From positions 21,117-85,116 of the forward strand of contig JBEKHS010000005.1 in the NCBI GenBank assembly GCA_050012155.1: DNA of 64,000 bases, read 5' to 3'. Below, in pieces: positions 35,439 to 45,876 of this stretch. The stretch's first letter is position 1. Every line of letters starts with the position of its first letter. Source of the DNA: Candidatus Sulfotelmatobacter sp. Lineage in GTDB: Bacteria > Acidobacteriota > Terriglobia > Terriglobales > Acidobacteriaceae. The position numbers and the translations under genes were made by a program. The notes under the pieces are model-generated. The model did not search any database, was not told where the DNA came from, and saw only the letters and a list, made by a program, of their open reading frames with translations.

Positions 35439-38309
35439 TCACTGCTTCTCATGCCCCGCACTCAACAAATTCACATACAGCCGTACCGCTCCCGGCACTC
35501 CTGCCGGCAACTGCCGGAAGAACGCGTATCCCGAGTAGATATAAATTCCCTTGCCGTACTGCGCCTGCAGCAGTCCACCCTTCTGCGCGTCTTCGCCGGG
35601 ATCGTGGCAGCTCAGCAACGGCTTAAAATGATCGTCCCATTTGTCCATGAAATAGAGTCCGCGCTCCTGTACCCAGCCGTCGAAGTCGCGAGCCGTGATC
35701 GTATTCGGATAATGAAACACTCCGTCCTCCGGCGCGAGAATCTCCACTGGAGCTTCTTCCACCGAAACCCGTGCGCGGCTCAGCTCCGCCGGATACGGCG
35801 TAAAGTGCCCGCTATTAAAATCTCCCACCCCGGTGTTGTATTGCACCACCAGCGTCCCGCCAGCCGAGACGAAATCGAGCAGTTTTTGATTATTCGCAGC
35901 CACGTCTTTTTGCGTATCGTAGGCTCGAATTCCCAGCACGATGGTTTGGTATTGGCTAAGATTCTCACCCGCCAGCTTCTCCGGCGGAATTAGGGTCACA
36001 TCCATCCCTACTTGCTTCAACACGGTGGGAATGTCATCACCCGCGCCCATGATGTAACCGACCTTCAAATCGTGGGGTGCTTTCACGTCCACAATACTTA
36101 CCTTCTGTACCGCCGGCTGGTAATAGTAGAAGCTGCCCAGATCTTCGCGCGTCACCAGCGTATAGCCCTCGCTGAACTTCTCGCCGCCGGCGTCCAGCAC
36201 CGCTCGAATTTTCGCTCGACCCTTCTGCAATCCAGCAGGGAAGACCTTGAACTGAAAATCCTGTTTCTCTTCGCGATGCGTGAAATCGGCTTCAAATTGT
36301 TCCGGCTCCGACTTCCAACCTGCCGGCAATTCCAACTTCAGCACGCCACGCGTCTCGCGGTTCAAATTGCTGGTTACGCCAACGGCCACGGTCGAACTGG
36401 AACCGTTGTGCGTCGAAATGACCTGCGTCCCCGGCTCCAATGCAACCGAAAACGCCGGCACCACCGCTAGCGGGCGCTCCCGTTCCATCCCCGCGTCATC
36501 GATGAATCGTGTGACAACAGTCGTTCCAATGCCATTTTTGACCGCCACACCGCCCGCCGAATACTCCACGTGCGCACGCAACGGCGGCGGCGGAAACGGC
36601 AGCGTCGCATACTTCTCATCGTCGATGTGATTGATGCTCTCCGTGTCGGGATCATCGCGATGCCAGTAGGGCCGCGTGTAAGCCGCATCCTTCGGCACCC
36701 GCAAGCGAAAAACCACGCTCAGGTTGTCTCCCGGCTCGATCGCAACTCGACGCGTCTTCTCCGAAATCGTCGTCCACCCCTCTGGCACCTCCAACTTCAA
36801 GCCCTCCAGAAATAGCCGTTCTTTCGATCCATTATGAAAACCAACCCGGACCAGAAACTCCTGCCCCGGCGAAACCGTAGTGATTGCGTCGGCTTCCTTC
36901 GGCAGTTCCTTTGCTACTTCTTTTGCCGGTCGTCCCTCCGGCTCCGCCCGCAGAATCACCGTCGCTTCCAGGCCCACATTCAAGGCGTCGTTGAGCGCTG
37001 TCTCCGCCTGCTCGCGCTTTTCATCAATCTGCATCAGCAGGTCTGACTTCGCCATTTCGCTCACTGCGCTCTTGCTAACCTCGGCACGTGCCTGCTCCAA
37101 CTCTGCCGCAACCCCCATCAGCGGCCTCGCCGCCGCAGACGGATCGTTCCGCTTAGCATCCTCGCTCGCCTCCGCAACTCTTCCCGCGATCTCCGTCAGT
37201 TCTTGCCGCAACCGCGGAACTTTTGCTTCCTCCGCTCCCAACCTTGCCGCCAATCCCGGCAGCGTCGTATCGATCCCCTCAAAGAAATCCTTCTCGTGCC
37301 CGTCTTTATCCAGCTTGGCAGGCCTCACCGAATCCACCAGCTTGTAAAACGTGAACCGGTCTCCCGGATCGACCGTCCAATTCGCCGAGCCCTGCGACAG
37401 TTGATGCCGCAATCCCTTCATCGCAAACTGCACGTACGATCCGCCCAGATCCGGGTCAGGCTCGCCCGTGTTCAGCTTCACCGTCCAATTTCCATCCGGA
37501 CAAGTCATCGCCCCAAAGCCGCAAACGTTCCCGATGTAAAGCTTCTTGGCCTGCCACGGGGCGAGCCCCTGCGCAATCTGCTCCGGAAACCGCTTCGGAT
37601 CGGCTGCCGCGCGGAACGCCTCCCTCGTCAGGATGCTTGAAGCCTGATGATGCCCATGCCCATCCCGATCGGTTCCGGAAAAGCGCGCCACCAGCACATC
37701 CGGACGAAACGTTCGAATCACCCGCACCATATCCGCCAGCGCCACATCATGCCCGCCCCACTTGGCGAAAGTTTCCTCGGCGCTTTTCGAAAATCCAAAA
37801 TCGGCTACGCGCGAAAACCGCTCCTGCACGCCGTAATATTCGTCCGCGGCCAGCAGCTCCAGAGTCCGCAACACGCCCAGGACATCCGACAAGTTACTGC
37901 CCACCTTATTCTGCCCACCCTCGCCGCGATTCAGCGTCATCAATAGCACGCTCGCCCCGCGCCCGCGCGCTTCCAGGGTCAGCATCCCGCCATCTTCGTC
38001 GTCCGGGTGCGCCACCGTTTGCATGAGCCGCGCGGTCGTGCTCAAACGCCGCAGTTCAAGCCGCAGGCCGAGGACTCCTTTATCTTGTGGAATTTCGGGA
38101 GGAGATCCCTGATAGGGAAGCCGAGGAAATCCCGGCAGGGTCACAGATTGATTTTCAGCAACTGGCGCGGCCGAAGCCGCGGGTGCGGGTTTTTCCCTAC
38201 CCTGTTGCGAAGCCGCAAGCGGGGAATCCCCAACCTCCAGCGACACGAGTAGCAATAGGATTAAGAATGAATTTCGCAAAACTGAATTTCGGATAGAACG
38301 CCCGACCAA
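35439..38309 (-). CDS. PIG-L/LmbE-family deacetylase fused to a large C-terminal ThuA/GATase-like region
   Basis: AHPDDEDGGMLTL...LNRGEGGQN (PIG-L). C-terminal IVLGIRAYD...GGTLVVQYN. The start is uncertain: TTG at 38309 is chosen to avoid overlapping the kinase, but the ORF is open to 38513. Confidence 0.8.
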   Translation of the reverse strand: MVGRSIRNSVLRNSFLILLLLVSLEVGDSPLAASQQGREKPAPAASAAPVAENQSVTLPGFPRLPYQGSPPEIPQDKGVLGLRLELRRLSTTARLMQTVAHPDDEDGGMLTLEARGRGASVLLMTLNRGEGGQNKVGSNLSDVLGVLRTLELLAADEYYGVQERFSRVADFGFSKSAEETFAKWGGHDVALADMVRVIRTFRPDVLVARFSGTDRDGHGHHQASSILTREAFRAAADPKRFPEQIAQGLAPWQAKKLYIGNVCGFGAMTCPDGNWTVKLNTGEPDPDLGGSYVQFAMKGLRHQLSQGSANWTVDPGDRFTFYKLVDSVRPAKLDKDGHEKDFFEGIDTTLPGLAARLGAEEAKVPRLRQELTEIAGRVAEASEDAKRNDPSAAARPLMGVAAELEQARAEVSKSAVSEMAKSDLLMQIDEKREQAETALNDALNVGLEATVILRAEPEGRPAKEVAKELPKEADAITTVSPGQEFLVRVGFHNGSKERLFLEGLKLEVPEGWTTISEKTRRVAIEPGDNLSVVFRLRVPKDAAYTRPYWHRDDPDTESINHIDDEKYATLPFPPPPLRAHVEYSAGGVAVKNGIGTTVVTRFIDDAGMERERPLAVVPAFSVALEPGTQVISTHNGSSSTVAVGVTSNLNRETRGVLKLELPAGWKSEPEQFEADFTHREEKQDFQFKVFPAGLQKGRAKIRAVLDAGGEKFSEGYTLVTREDLGSFYYYQPAVQKVSIVDVKAPHDLKVGYIMGAGDDIPTVLKQVGMDVTLIPPEKLAGENLSQYQTIVLGIRAYDTQKDVAANNQKLLDFVSAGGTLVVQYNTGVGDFNSGHFTPYPAELSRARVSVEEAPVEILAPEDGVFHYPNTITARDFDGWVQERGLYFMDKWDDHFKPLLSCHDPGEDAQKGGLLQAQYGKGIYIYSGYAFFRQLPAGVPGAVRLYVNLLSAGHEKQ

Positions 38310-38476
38310 GCGATGAACAGGCCCCTCCCCGCGACTCGCAACGTTGCAAGATCCCAAATATTTCACCCTACAAGGATGGGGCCTAACCCCGCTCCGACGC
38401 AAATTCTTTCCCGGCGAAGCCTGGAAACGCCTGGGAACCGATGACTGAAAACAGAGAGTTGCAGCCCGGAACCGCC

Positions 38477-40882
38477 TTACTTTCCGAGTTCCTCTTTCAG
38501 CGTCTCCTGGCAAGCGCTGCCCGCCGTCAGTACCTCGTTAAAAGCCGGCTCCTTGCGCAGGTTCTTCAGCAGCGGATCACCGAGCAGCGCGGAATACGCG
38601 CAATAATTTTGCTGCACCGCCGCTTTCAGCAGACGCAACGCCGGCCCGCTCTGTCCGCAAGACGCCATCAGCGCGCCCACGTGGTACCACGCCTCCGGAT
38701 CGGGTTCCATCATGGTCGATGACTCCGCCTCCCGCACAATCTCGTCCATGTTGGACGGCCGCTGAGTCTGCGTGCACGCCGTCAGCAGGTCCCGGTGATA
38801 CGCAGGAGCCGTGGCCACATACTTCACGCTTTCTCGCGCCAAGCCCACATTCCCCGCCGCCAGATAGACGTACGGCGTTACCCATGCGGCCCATTGCGAT
38901 CCGGAATCCAGATGCACAAAATCCATCGCCCGGTCCGGCTGTCCCAGCTCCAGAAACGCCCAGGCGCACGATCTGAAATCGAAGTTCCCCGGGTCCAGCG
39001 AGCGAGCGGTATTGCACTCTTGCGTCGCCTTTTCCTGCATCCCCGCATAACGCAGCACATAGCTAAGCGCGAAATGCGCATCGGCGCTCTGCGCACGCCG
39101 CTTCACCAGATCGTTCGCGGCCACGTAGGCTCGGCCTAACTCACCCCGCTCCACGCGGTTTGTGATCAAATGGCTCGCCGCCACCATGCGGTTCGGATCC
39201 AGCGCAATCGCCCGCTCGAACGCGGCATTCGAGCGCTGGAACATCTGCTCGCCGCCTCCGCCGTAATATGAATCGTAGTAGCACCTCAGCCCAAGTGCCT
39301 CCCACGCTGGCGCAAAGTTCGGGTCTTCGCCTACAACGTGTTCCAGAACTGCGATCGCATCTTTGTTCGGGCCCGGATCGTGAGGCAGGGCGAGACTATG
39401 CAGGTACAGGTCGTACGCTTCCTGACTCTTCGGGCGCGAGGCCGTGCTCAAGTCTCCTCCGGTGACGCCCAGCGCGGGCAAAAGCCCCTGCTGCACCTGC
39501 CGGCTCAGTTGCCCCTGGAGCGCAATCAAATCGTTCACCCCTGCCGTGACAGTGGCTTGCCACAGCGAGCGATCACTGGCGACGTCAATCGCCTCGAGCG
39601 TCACCGTCAACTGATCCCCTTGGCGCAGAAAGTGTCCCGTCAACAGCTTGCCCACGTGCAATTGCTGCCCCAGTTTCCGCGGATCGAAGTCCGCTTCCAC
39701 ATACTTCCGCGTCACCGAGGAAGGCCGCACATCCAGCGAACGCGAATAGGTCAACGCGCTGGTCAGTTCGTCCGCCAGCGCGAAGCGCAGGTAATCCACA
39801 GCGAAGTCTCCATTCAAGTTCTGCAACGGCAGCACCGCGATCGCATTTTCTTGTTCCGCGCTCGCCATCGACCGGTGTTTCAGCCAGTAGGCTCCCACCG
39901 CAGCCAGAACCGTCACCAGCAGCGCCGCCATTCCCAGAAGCAGCCAGAATTGCCAGCGGCTCCCGGTTCGGCCAAACGTCTTGCTGGCCACCCGCAGCTT
40001 CGCGACTTGCAGTCCGCTCCTTACCTGGCCGGACTCGGTCTCGCGCTTCAACTGCTGCAGGTCTGCCTTCATCTGCGTGGCGCTTTGGTACCGCGCCTTG
40101 CGGTCCTTCTCCATCGCCTTGCCGATGATGCCTTCAAGCTCGACCGGCACCTTCGGATTCAATTCTCCCGGTGGCACCGGCTTGTCATGCAGTACCGCAT
40201 CCAGGGTCATCAGAGAGTTCTTGCCGGTAAACGGTTTTTTCCCCGTCGACATTTCGTACATCACCACGCCAAACGAAAACAGATCGCTGCGGAAATCGAT
40301 TTCCTCGCTGCGTGCCTGCTCCGGTGACATGTATACGGCCGTCCCGGGAATCACCCCCACCGCGGTCAACGAATTGTCCGCCGCCGCTCCGTCGCTGTCG
40401 GTACCGATGTTGTGCAGCAGCTTGGCCAGCCCGAAGTCGAGCACTTTCACCTGCCCGCTGGGAGTCAAAAAAATGTTCGCCGGCTTGATGTCGCGATGCA
40501 CGATGCCCTTGGCGTGCGACGCCGCCAACGCGTCCGCTACCTGGATGCTGATATCGAGCACGCGCTCCGTCTCCAGAGCATGACCCGAGATGCATTGCTT
40601 CAGGCTTTCGCCCTCCAGCTTCTCCATCACAATGAAGGGATGCCCGCCGTTATCCTCAATGCCGTGAATGGTGCAGATGTTGGGATGATTCAGCAGCGAC
40701 GCCGCCCTCGCCTCCCGCGTGAATCGTTCCAGCGATTTGGGGTCGCCGGCGAGGTTGTCGGGAATGAATTTCAGTGCCACGTGCCGGCCAAGCTTCAGGT
40801 CCTCGGCTTCGTAGACCACACCCATACCACCGCCCCCGAGCTTTCCCAGGATGCGGTAGTGGGACACTGTCTGGCCAATCAT
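38477..40882 (-). CDS. Ser/Thr protein kinase with a TM segment and a C-terminal TPR-like domain
   Basis: GKLGGGGMGVVYEA, VALK, HRDIKPANI, DFGLAK and SPEQ motifs. 801 aa. Confidence 0.9.
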   Translation of the reverse strand: MIGQTVSHYRILGKLGGGGMGVVYEAEDLKLGRHVALKFIPDNLAGDPKSLERFTREARAASLLNHPNICTIHGIEDNGGHPFIVMEKLEGESLKQCISGHALETERVLDISIQVADALAASHAKGIVHRDIKPANIFLTPSGQVKVLDFGLAKLLHNIGTDSDGAAADNSLTAVGVIPGTAVYMSPEQARSEEIDFRSDLFSFGVVMYEMSTGKKPFTGKNSLMTLDAVLHDKPVPPGELNPKVPVELEGIIGKAMEKDRKARYQSATQMKADLQQLKRETESGQVRSGLQVAKLRVASKTFGRTGSRWQFWLLLGMAALLVTVLAAVGAYWLKHRSMASAEQENAIAVLPLQNLNGDFAVDYLRFALADELTSALTYSRSLDVRPSSVTRKYVEADFDPRKLGQQLHVGKLLTGHFLRQGDQLTVTLEAIDVASDRSLWQATVTAGVNDLIALQGQLSRQVQQGLLPALGVTGGDLSTASRPKSQEAYDLYLHSLALPHDPGPNKDAIAVLEHVVGEDPNFAPAWEALGLRCYYDSYYGGGGEQMFQRSNAAFERAIALDPNRMVAASHLITNRVERGELGRAYVAANDLVKRRAQSADAHFALSYVLRYAGMQEKATQECNTARSLDPGNFDFRSCAWAFLELGQPDRAMDFVHLDSGSQWAAWVTPYVYLAAGNVGLARESVKYVATAPAYHRDLLTACTQTQRPSNMDEIVREAESSTMMEPDPEAWYHVGALMASCGQSGPALRLLKAAVQQNYCAYSALLGDPLLKNLRKEPAFNEVLTAGSACQETLKEELGK

Positions 40883-41135
40883 GAGAGGAGCAAGCTCCCG
40901 AACGCGGTAATGTTAGGCCCGCCGGAGACTCCGGTCAACTGGACTGTCATCCGAAACGGGCGTTTTCGCCATGCCAGCGAGCTCAGGTGCAACGCCGAGC
41001 TGCTGCCCGGCCAGCATGCCGCCTTCCCGAACTGAACTACCACCCTGCCCTTTTGTGTTCCTAATCAGGTTCCAAGGCTCAAGCGGACGACTACTATGAT
41101 GCTAGCACCACAGAAACATCGAAGCGACTCAAGTT

Positions 41136-41492
41136 ATGGCGCGGATGCCCGGGAATCATTCTGCTCAGTTGGAAGAGGCAATTCGTCGTCGCGCTAAGGA
41201 ACTGTACCTGCAAGCTGGAGGGCTCGAAGGCCACGACGCCGCGAACTGGCACCAGGCCGAAGCTGAAATCCTTCGCGAATCAGCCGCCGTCGGTGCTCGC
41301 CGCGCCGTCGTCGTCAACGTGCAGGGCGTGGTCTACACCGGGGAATATGAATCCGCTTCCGCCAACGGCTACACCGCCGGCGAATGGAAGCCCGGCGACC
41401 CCGTTCCCATCCGCCTCGCCGGCGACAAGCTCTACCTCCGCCGCCGCAACGGGCAGGAACTGAAAACCACCATCGTAAAGAGAATCGGCTAG
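41136..41492 (+). CDS. DUF2934-family protein
   Basis: IRRRAKELYLQAGGLEGHDAANWHQAEAEI matches the DUF2934 N-terminal signature. Confidence 0.7.
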   Translation: MARMPGNHSAQLEEAIRRRAKELYLQAGGLEGHDAANWHQAEAEILRESAAVGARRAVVVNVQGVVYTGEYESASANGYTAGEWKPGDPVPIRLAGDKLYLRRRNGQELKTTIVKRIG

Positions 41493-41502
41493 CGATCTAC
41501 GT

Positions 41503-42714
41503 CTATTCGCGGTTTTCCGGCCACAGCCCCGCCGACGCTCCTACCCACTCCATATTCCGATTGTGATCCACGCCCATCATCAGCCCACGCCCCATGCGAA
41601 TGATCGTCATCGCCGCCTGCAACTTCTCCAGCCACACATACATCACTCGCACTTCCGCTTTCGTCTCGCCAAACGGAGTCTCGATCAACGGCTCAAAATG
41701 CAGCCGCTCCTGCAGAATGTACTCCCCGCGCTTCTCCGCCGGAATCGCCTCGATATCCTCTTTCGTCGGCGCAATCACCACCCCCAGCCCGGCAAACGAA
41801 TACAGCGGCTTCAGCGCGTAGTTCTGCAAGTCGTCGGGAATCCGCTCCAGCCGGTCGAGGAACCAGGTCTTCGGAACCGATTCATGCCGCAGATACGGAA
41901 TGGAAAACTTGCTGATCCGGAAATACCAGTTCGGATGCCCCGCCCACTCCACGTCAAGATCGTCGCGCCAATCGAATCCAAGCTTCACCTTCTTGCGCTG
42001 CAATTCGTCGACAATCGCGCGGTTATAGATCCGCCGGATCGGCACCCGGCCTCCATTACGCTCGTAGTAAAGCTGGCGTCCGTGCTTCCTGATCGCCTCA
42101 ATATCGACCGTCCTCACTCCCAGCATCTTTTCGGTCGCCAGGAAATCCGGCAGCGTCTTCTGTTCTTGCGGGCGAATCTCCATCAAAATCACGTTTTCGG
42201 GATCATGCGTGCCTACGATCGCCGACCGCAAGAGCTCACGATAAGTTCTTTCATCGAGGCCGCCGAGGAAGAAACGCAATCCCTTCCCGCCTTCGAATCT
42301 GTCCAGGCCATAGACATCGATGTAGCTTTGCGCCATCGCCACCTGATACGCATAGAGGGAAGGGAAGGCCTGCAACTCCACCAGCTTCGGCTGCAACGCG
42401 CCGTTGGCATCGCGCACCAGTCCGAAATCCACCTGCACAAACAGAGGGCGCGCCGGCTCATTCGGAACGCGAAATTCCGCCGGAATCGTCGCACTCGACC
42501 GGGCGATATACTCCGGACTCTCGACCAGTTGCCGGATCAATACCTTCCCATCCTCCACCATTCGATCCAGAAGCGACTTGGGAAAGAAGCAGGGAGTCTC
42601 CGACAATCGGAACTGTACATGCGTTCCGCAAACGTCCTCGATCCGCCGCAAAAATTTCTGATATTTGCCGGGAGTGAAGCCGGCGTTGAATTGTTTTCTG
42701 AAGGAGGGAATCAT
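41503..42714 (-). CDS. Glutathionylspermidine-synthase-like / circularly permuted ATP-grasp amidoligase (predicted)
   Basis: VQVDFGLVRDANGALQPKLVELQAFPS resembles the pre-ATP-grasp R.D...LLE.NADTP segment. LKPLYSFAGLGV and YILQERL are ATP-grasp-like. Confidence 0.65.
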   Translation of the reverse strand: MIPSFRKQFNAGFTPGKYQKFLRRIEDVCGTHVQFRLSETPCFFPKSLLDRMVEDGKVLIRQLVESPEYIARSSATIPAEFRVPNEPARPLFVQVDFGLVRDANGALQPKLVELQAFPSLYAYQVAMAQSYIDVYGLDRFEGGKGLRFFLGGLDERTYRELLRSAIVGTHDPENVILMEIRPQEQKTLPDFLATEKMLGVRTVDIEAIRKHGRQLYYERNGGRVPIRRIYNRAIVDELQRKKVKLGFDWRDDLDVEWAGHPNWYFRISKFSIPYLRHESVPKTWFLDRLERIPDDLQNYALKPLYSFAGLGVVIAPTKEDIEAIPAEKRGEYILQERLHFEPLIETPFGETKAEVRVMYVWLEKLQAAMTIIRMGRGLMMGVDHNRNMEWVGASAGLWPENRE

Positions 42715-42738
42715 AGCGGAAGCGATGATGATGGAATA

Positions 42739-43089
42739 TCACTCGCGGATTTCCATATTGCGAATGAGCCCGTCTTCTATCGAATATACGTGTTCGACCA
42801 TCCGATCCAGAAGGGTATTTCCATTAAGATCGCGGACTACCTGGTGAACTCCGACCACCACTCGGCCGGTCGCGTCCACGTTGAAACTCACAGGCTCGAC
42901 GTGCGGATCGATGATGCGCGGCGTCCAATACTCCCGCACTCCAGCCCGGCCATGAACCGTGCCACCTTCCATGCCGTTCGGCCACTCCACATCAGGCTGC
43001 ATGGCCGCTAGGGCGCCGTCGATGTTGCGAGCGTTAAAAGCCTCGTAAGTCTTGCGGAGCACAGCAACTTTGGATTCTTCGACAATCAC
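42739..43089 (-). CDS. NTF2/SnoaL-like protein
   Basis: LRKTYEAFNARNIDGALAAMQPDVEW ... cone-like fold pattern. 116 aa. Confidence 0.75.
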   Translation of the reverse strand: MIVEESKVAVLRKTYEAFNARNIDGALAAMQPDVEWPNGMEGGTVHGRAGVREYWTPRIIDPHVEPVSFNVDATGRVVVGVHQVVRDLNGNTLLDRMVEHVYSIEDGLIRNMEIRE

Positions 43090-43107
43090 GATCCGAAACG
43101 CGCCGCC

Positions 43108-44211
43108 CTACGCCTCCACCAAAAACTTACCATCCTGCATGATCTGCTCGTCGTCCACCCAGATGTTGAATTTCCTTCCCACAACATCAATATGAGTCGA
43201 CGAATCCCACTCCGCGCCGGTATGCGCCCCGTAAGGATTTCCGAAGGCAATATGCACTCCGGGGTATTTCTCATCCTGCAGAATTTGCCCAATCACGTCT
43301 TTCAAGTCGATATTCGTTCCGATGGCAAATTCGCCCACGCGGTCGCTGTTTTCATCCGTGTGCGTGTACTTCCAGAAATCGTCTTCCAGTTCGCGATTCT
43401 CCGAGTGCGCTTCGGTCAGCCGGTTCTTCTTCACGCGGATGGTCAGCGGAGTCTCGCTTAAATTGCCAAACTTTGCGCACAAATAATCGCCCACCACGCC
43501 GTCGATCACGAAGGTTCCGTTCACTTCGCCGGGCGTGGTGAAAATCTCCCCGCCCGGAAGATTCCCCCACTTCTCTGGAGTAATGATTCCGCTGGTCTTC
43601 AGCCAGCGGTAATTGTGATTCAAGTCGGCGGTCAGGTCAGTTCCGGCGGCCGTCTTCGCCCGCACCCGGCTCGCATTGCGCACCATGGCCACAACTTTCG
43701 CGCTGAGCCGGTCCACCTTTTGAAAATCGGCGCGCATTCCTTCCAGCATGATCTGCCGGTTGATGTTCACCATGTGCGCGTGCCGTATCTTGCGCCGGTT
43801 GACCACGTCCGTCATCTGCATGCGCGTGCGCAGTTCACCCCTCTGCGCCTGCACCGCAAAGATCGAAACCTGGCTGGTCTCCAAATCGTCGAGCACTTCG
43901 CGCGGCAAATCTCTCAGCGGACGCTCCGCCAAATCCTCCAGTACCCATGCGCGGTACGGCGACCCTAGTTCATCGAGCTCATGCGCGATCGCCGCAGCAA
44001 TCTCAAGTGTGGCCTCATCGGTGATGACGCAAACTTTCTCCTCCGACTGCACCCGCAGGCATACCCGCACCGCATTGCGCGCCCCAACCGAAAATTCCGG
44101 ATCAAACGCAATGTGATTGGAACGGTTGCCCCATCCTTCCCGCGTTCGTTGGGGGTGGCCGGGGATTTTGACCTGGCCTACGGCCTTGACTCCCTCGACA
44201 GGATTACTCAT
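43108..44211 (-). CDS. M29-family aminopeptidase (AmpS/PepS-like)
   Basis: NLPGGEIFTTP, GEFAIGTN and HIAFGNPYG motifs. The ATG overlaps the upstream TAA (TAATG). Confidence 0.85.
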   Translation of the reverse strand: MSNPVEGVKAVGQVKIPGHPQRTREGWGNRSNHIAFDPEFSVGARNAVRVCLRVQSEEKVCVITDEATLEIAAAIAHELDELGSPYRAWVLEDLAERPLRDLPREVLDDLETSQVSIFAVQAQRGELRTRMQMTDVVNRRKIRHAHMVNINRQIMLEGMRADFQKVDRLSAKVVAMVRNASRVRAKTAAGTDLTADLNHNYRWLKTSGIITPEKWGNLPGGEIFTTPGEVNGTFVIDGVVGDYLCAKFGNLSETPLTIRVKKNRLTEAHSENRELEDDFWKYTHTDENSDRVGEFAIGTNIDLKDVIGQILQDEKYPGVHIAFGNPYGAHTGAEWDSSTHIDVVGRKFNIWVDDEQIMQDGKFLVEA

Positions 44212-45350
44212 TACCCTACTTTCCTCACCGCAGCCGGCTCGTCTTCTTCCAGGCCGGTCTCCGTCTCTTCAATTGCATAGTCGACAACTTTCTTCAAGTC
44301 CCCCGTTTCCTGATACACGCGCAACTGCCGGTCCGCGCCGCTGCCTCGCTCGAGCATGGTATGGATGTAGTTCAACTCCTCGCGCGAGTCGAGTTCATCC
44401 ACTACGTCGTCCACAAACTCCAGATACTCGAGAATCAAATCCCGCGCCGGCACTTCCGTCTGCTTGCCAAAGTCGATCAGCTTTCCGTCCATCCCATAGC
44501 GTGCCGCGCGCCACTTGTTTTCCATGAGAAGAGCGCGCCGGTACAAGCGGAATCCCTGGTTCGCCGTATGCAGCTTATACAGCTTCGCCACCGTCGCCTG
44601 AATCAGAGCCGCCAGCGCAATCGTCTCATCCGCGCGCATCGGGATATCGCACACCCGGAACTCAATCGTATTGAAGAACGGATGTGGCCGGATGTCCCAC
44701 CAGATCTTCTTTGCATTATCAATACAATTGGTTTTGATCAGCAGCTTGATGAAATTTTCGTATTCACCCCAGCTGGGAAAGTAATCCGGAATATTGGTCC
44801 GAGGAAATTTGTCGAATACTTTGCACCGGTAGGACTTCAGCCCGGTGTTCATCCCCAGCCAGAACGGCGAATTGGTCGAAAGTGCCAGCAGGTGCGGCAA
44901 GAAATACCGCGCATGATTCATCATGTGGATCGCCGTTTCGCGATCCTCGATCCCGATATGCACGTGCAAGCCAAAAATCAGATTCGCCCGCGCCACCAGC
45001 TGCATGTCCTCGACAATATGCTTGTACCGGTCGTCGGGATAAATCTCCTGTACCCGCCAGTCCGCAAACGGATGCGTCGCCAGCGACGCCACCCGCAGCC
45101 CGTTCTCCTTGGCCAGCTTTACAATATCGCGCCGCAGCTCTTTTACCTCTGCTTTGGCTTCCTTGATGTTGCTGCACACGCCAGTCCCAACTTCCACCAC
45201 CGACTGGTGCATCTCGGCCTTCACCCGCTCCTGCAGCAACAGCTTGCCCTTTTCCAGCAGCTCGGCGTGAATATGCGACCGCAGATCCCGCGTCTCCGGA
45301 TCGATCGTCTGATATTCCTCTTCGATCCCGATATTGAAAGTAGGCTTCAT
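44211..45350 (-). CDS. Carboxylate-amine ligase (GCS2/YbdK family)
   Basis: FNIGIEEEYQTID ... GLHVHIG ... SPFW are characteristic GCS2 motifs. Confidence 0.85.
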   Translation of the reverse strand: MKPTFNIGIEEEYQTIDPETRDLRSHIHAELLEKGKLLLQERVKAEMHQSVVEVGTGVCSNIKEAKAEVKELRRDIVKLAKENGLRVASLATHPFADWRVQEIYPDDRYKHIVEDMQLVARANLIFGLHVHIGIEDRETAIHMMNHARYFLPHLLALSTNSPFWLGMNTGLKSYRCKVFDKFPRTNIPDYFPSWGEYENFIKLLIKTNCIDNAKKIWWDIRPHPFFNTIEFRVCDIPMRADETIALAALIQATVAKLYKLHTANQGFRLYRRALLMENKWRAARYGMDGKLIDFGKQTEVPARDLILEYLEFVDDVVDELDSREELNYIHTMLERGSGADRQLRVYQETGDLKKVVDYAIEETETGLEEDEPAAVRKVG

Positions 45351-45479
45351 AATGCTGCGTGGCGCGGGCGCCCTCGTCCGTGAAATCTACAGGACTCCCA
45401 ATCCCCGATTTCGCATTCATTTGCGAAGGGCGGGCAAATCAAGCCATAACAGTATAACAATCAGGCTAGGAAGGGATAA

Positions 45480-45830
45480 TCAGAAACTGTGGTGCTTCTG
45501 GAACCAGGACAACCACATGAAAAGGCCCACAAGAAGAAGCATCAATCCACTCAGGCAGATGGATAGGATGGAGAACAAGCTGCGCATCCAATGTCCGGGC
45601 GCAAATGCCCGAAACAGCAAGACGATCCCGGTTACCTGGCCAATAAGAATCGCGCAGACACCCCACACCACGAACAACTCGGTCAGGCCGCCCGCGACAG
45701 CGCCAATGCCGGTAGCTTTCTGCCTCGAGATGCCGATGAGGGCGTTTGCAAGTCCGATCCCGATCGGGATCCACGGCACCCACGCCAGCGCCACACCCCA
45801 AAGAAAGCGTTTCTTCTTTACGTCGTCCAC
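45480..45830 (-). CDS. Small membrane protein, MotA/TolQ/ExbB-like motif
   Basis: Three to four TM helices. ATGIGAVAGGLTELF resembles the proton-channel signature. Confidence 0.55.
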   Translation of the reverse strand: MDDVKKKRFLWGVALAWVPWIPIGIGLANALIGISRQKATGIGAVAGGLTELFVVWGVCAILIGQVTGIVLLFRAFAPGHWMRSLFSILSICLSGLMLLLVGLFMWLSWFQKHHSF

Positions 45831-45876
45831 TGAATCTCCGGATGGCTAGTCCCTGCCTTGGGGGCCGAAGCCATTC

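Noticed and set aside
41563-43011. 482-aa plus-strand ORF across the ATP-grasp and NTF2 genes
   Set aside because: It is antisense to two genes with clear family signatures. Its translation is His/Arg/Leu/Pro-rich and spans an intergenic gap of the real genes.
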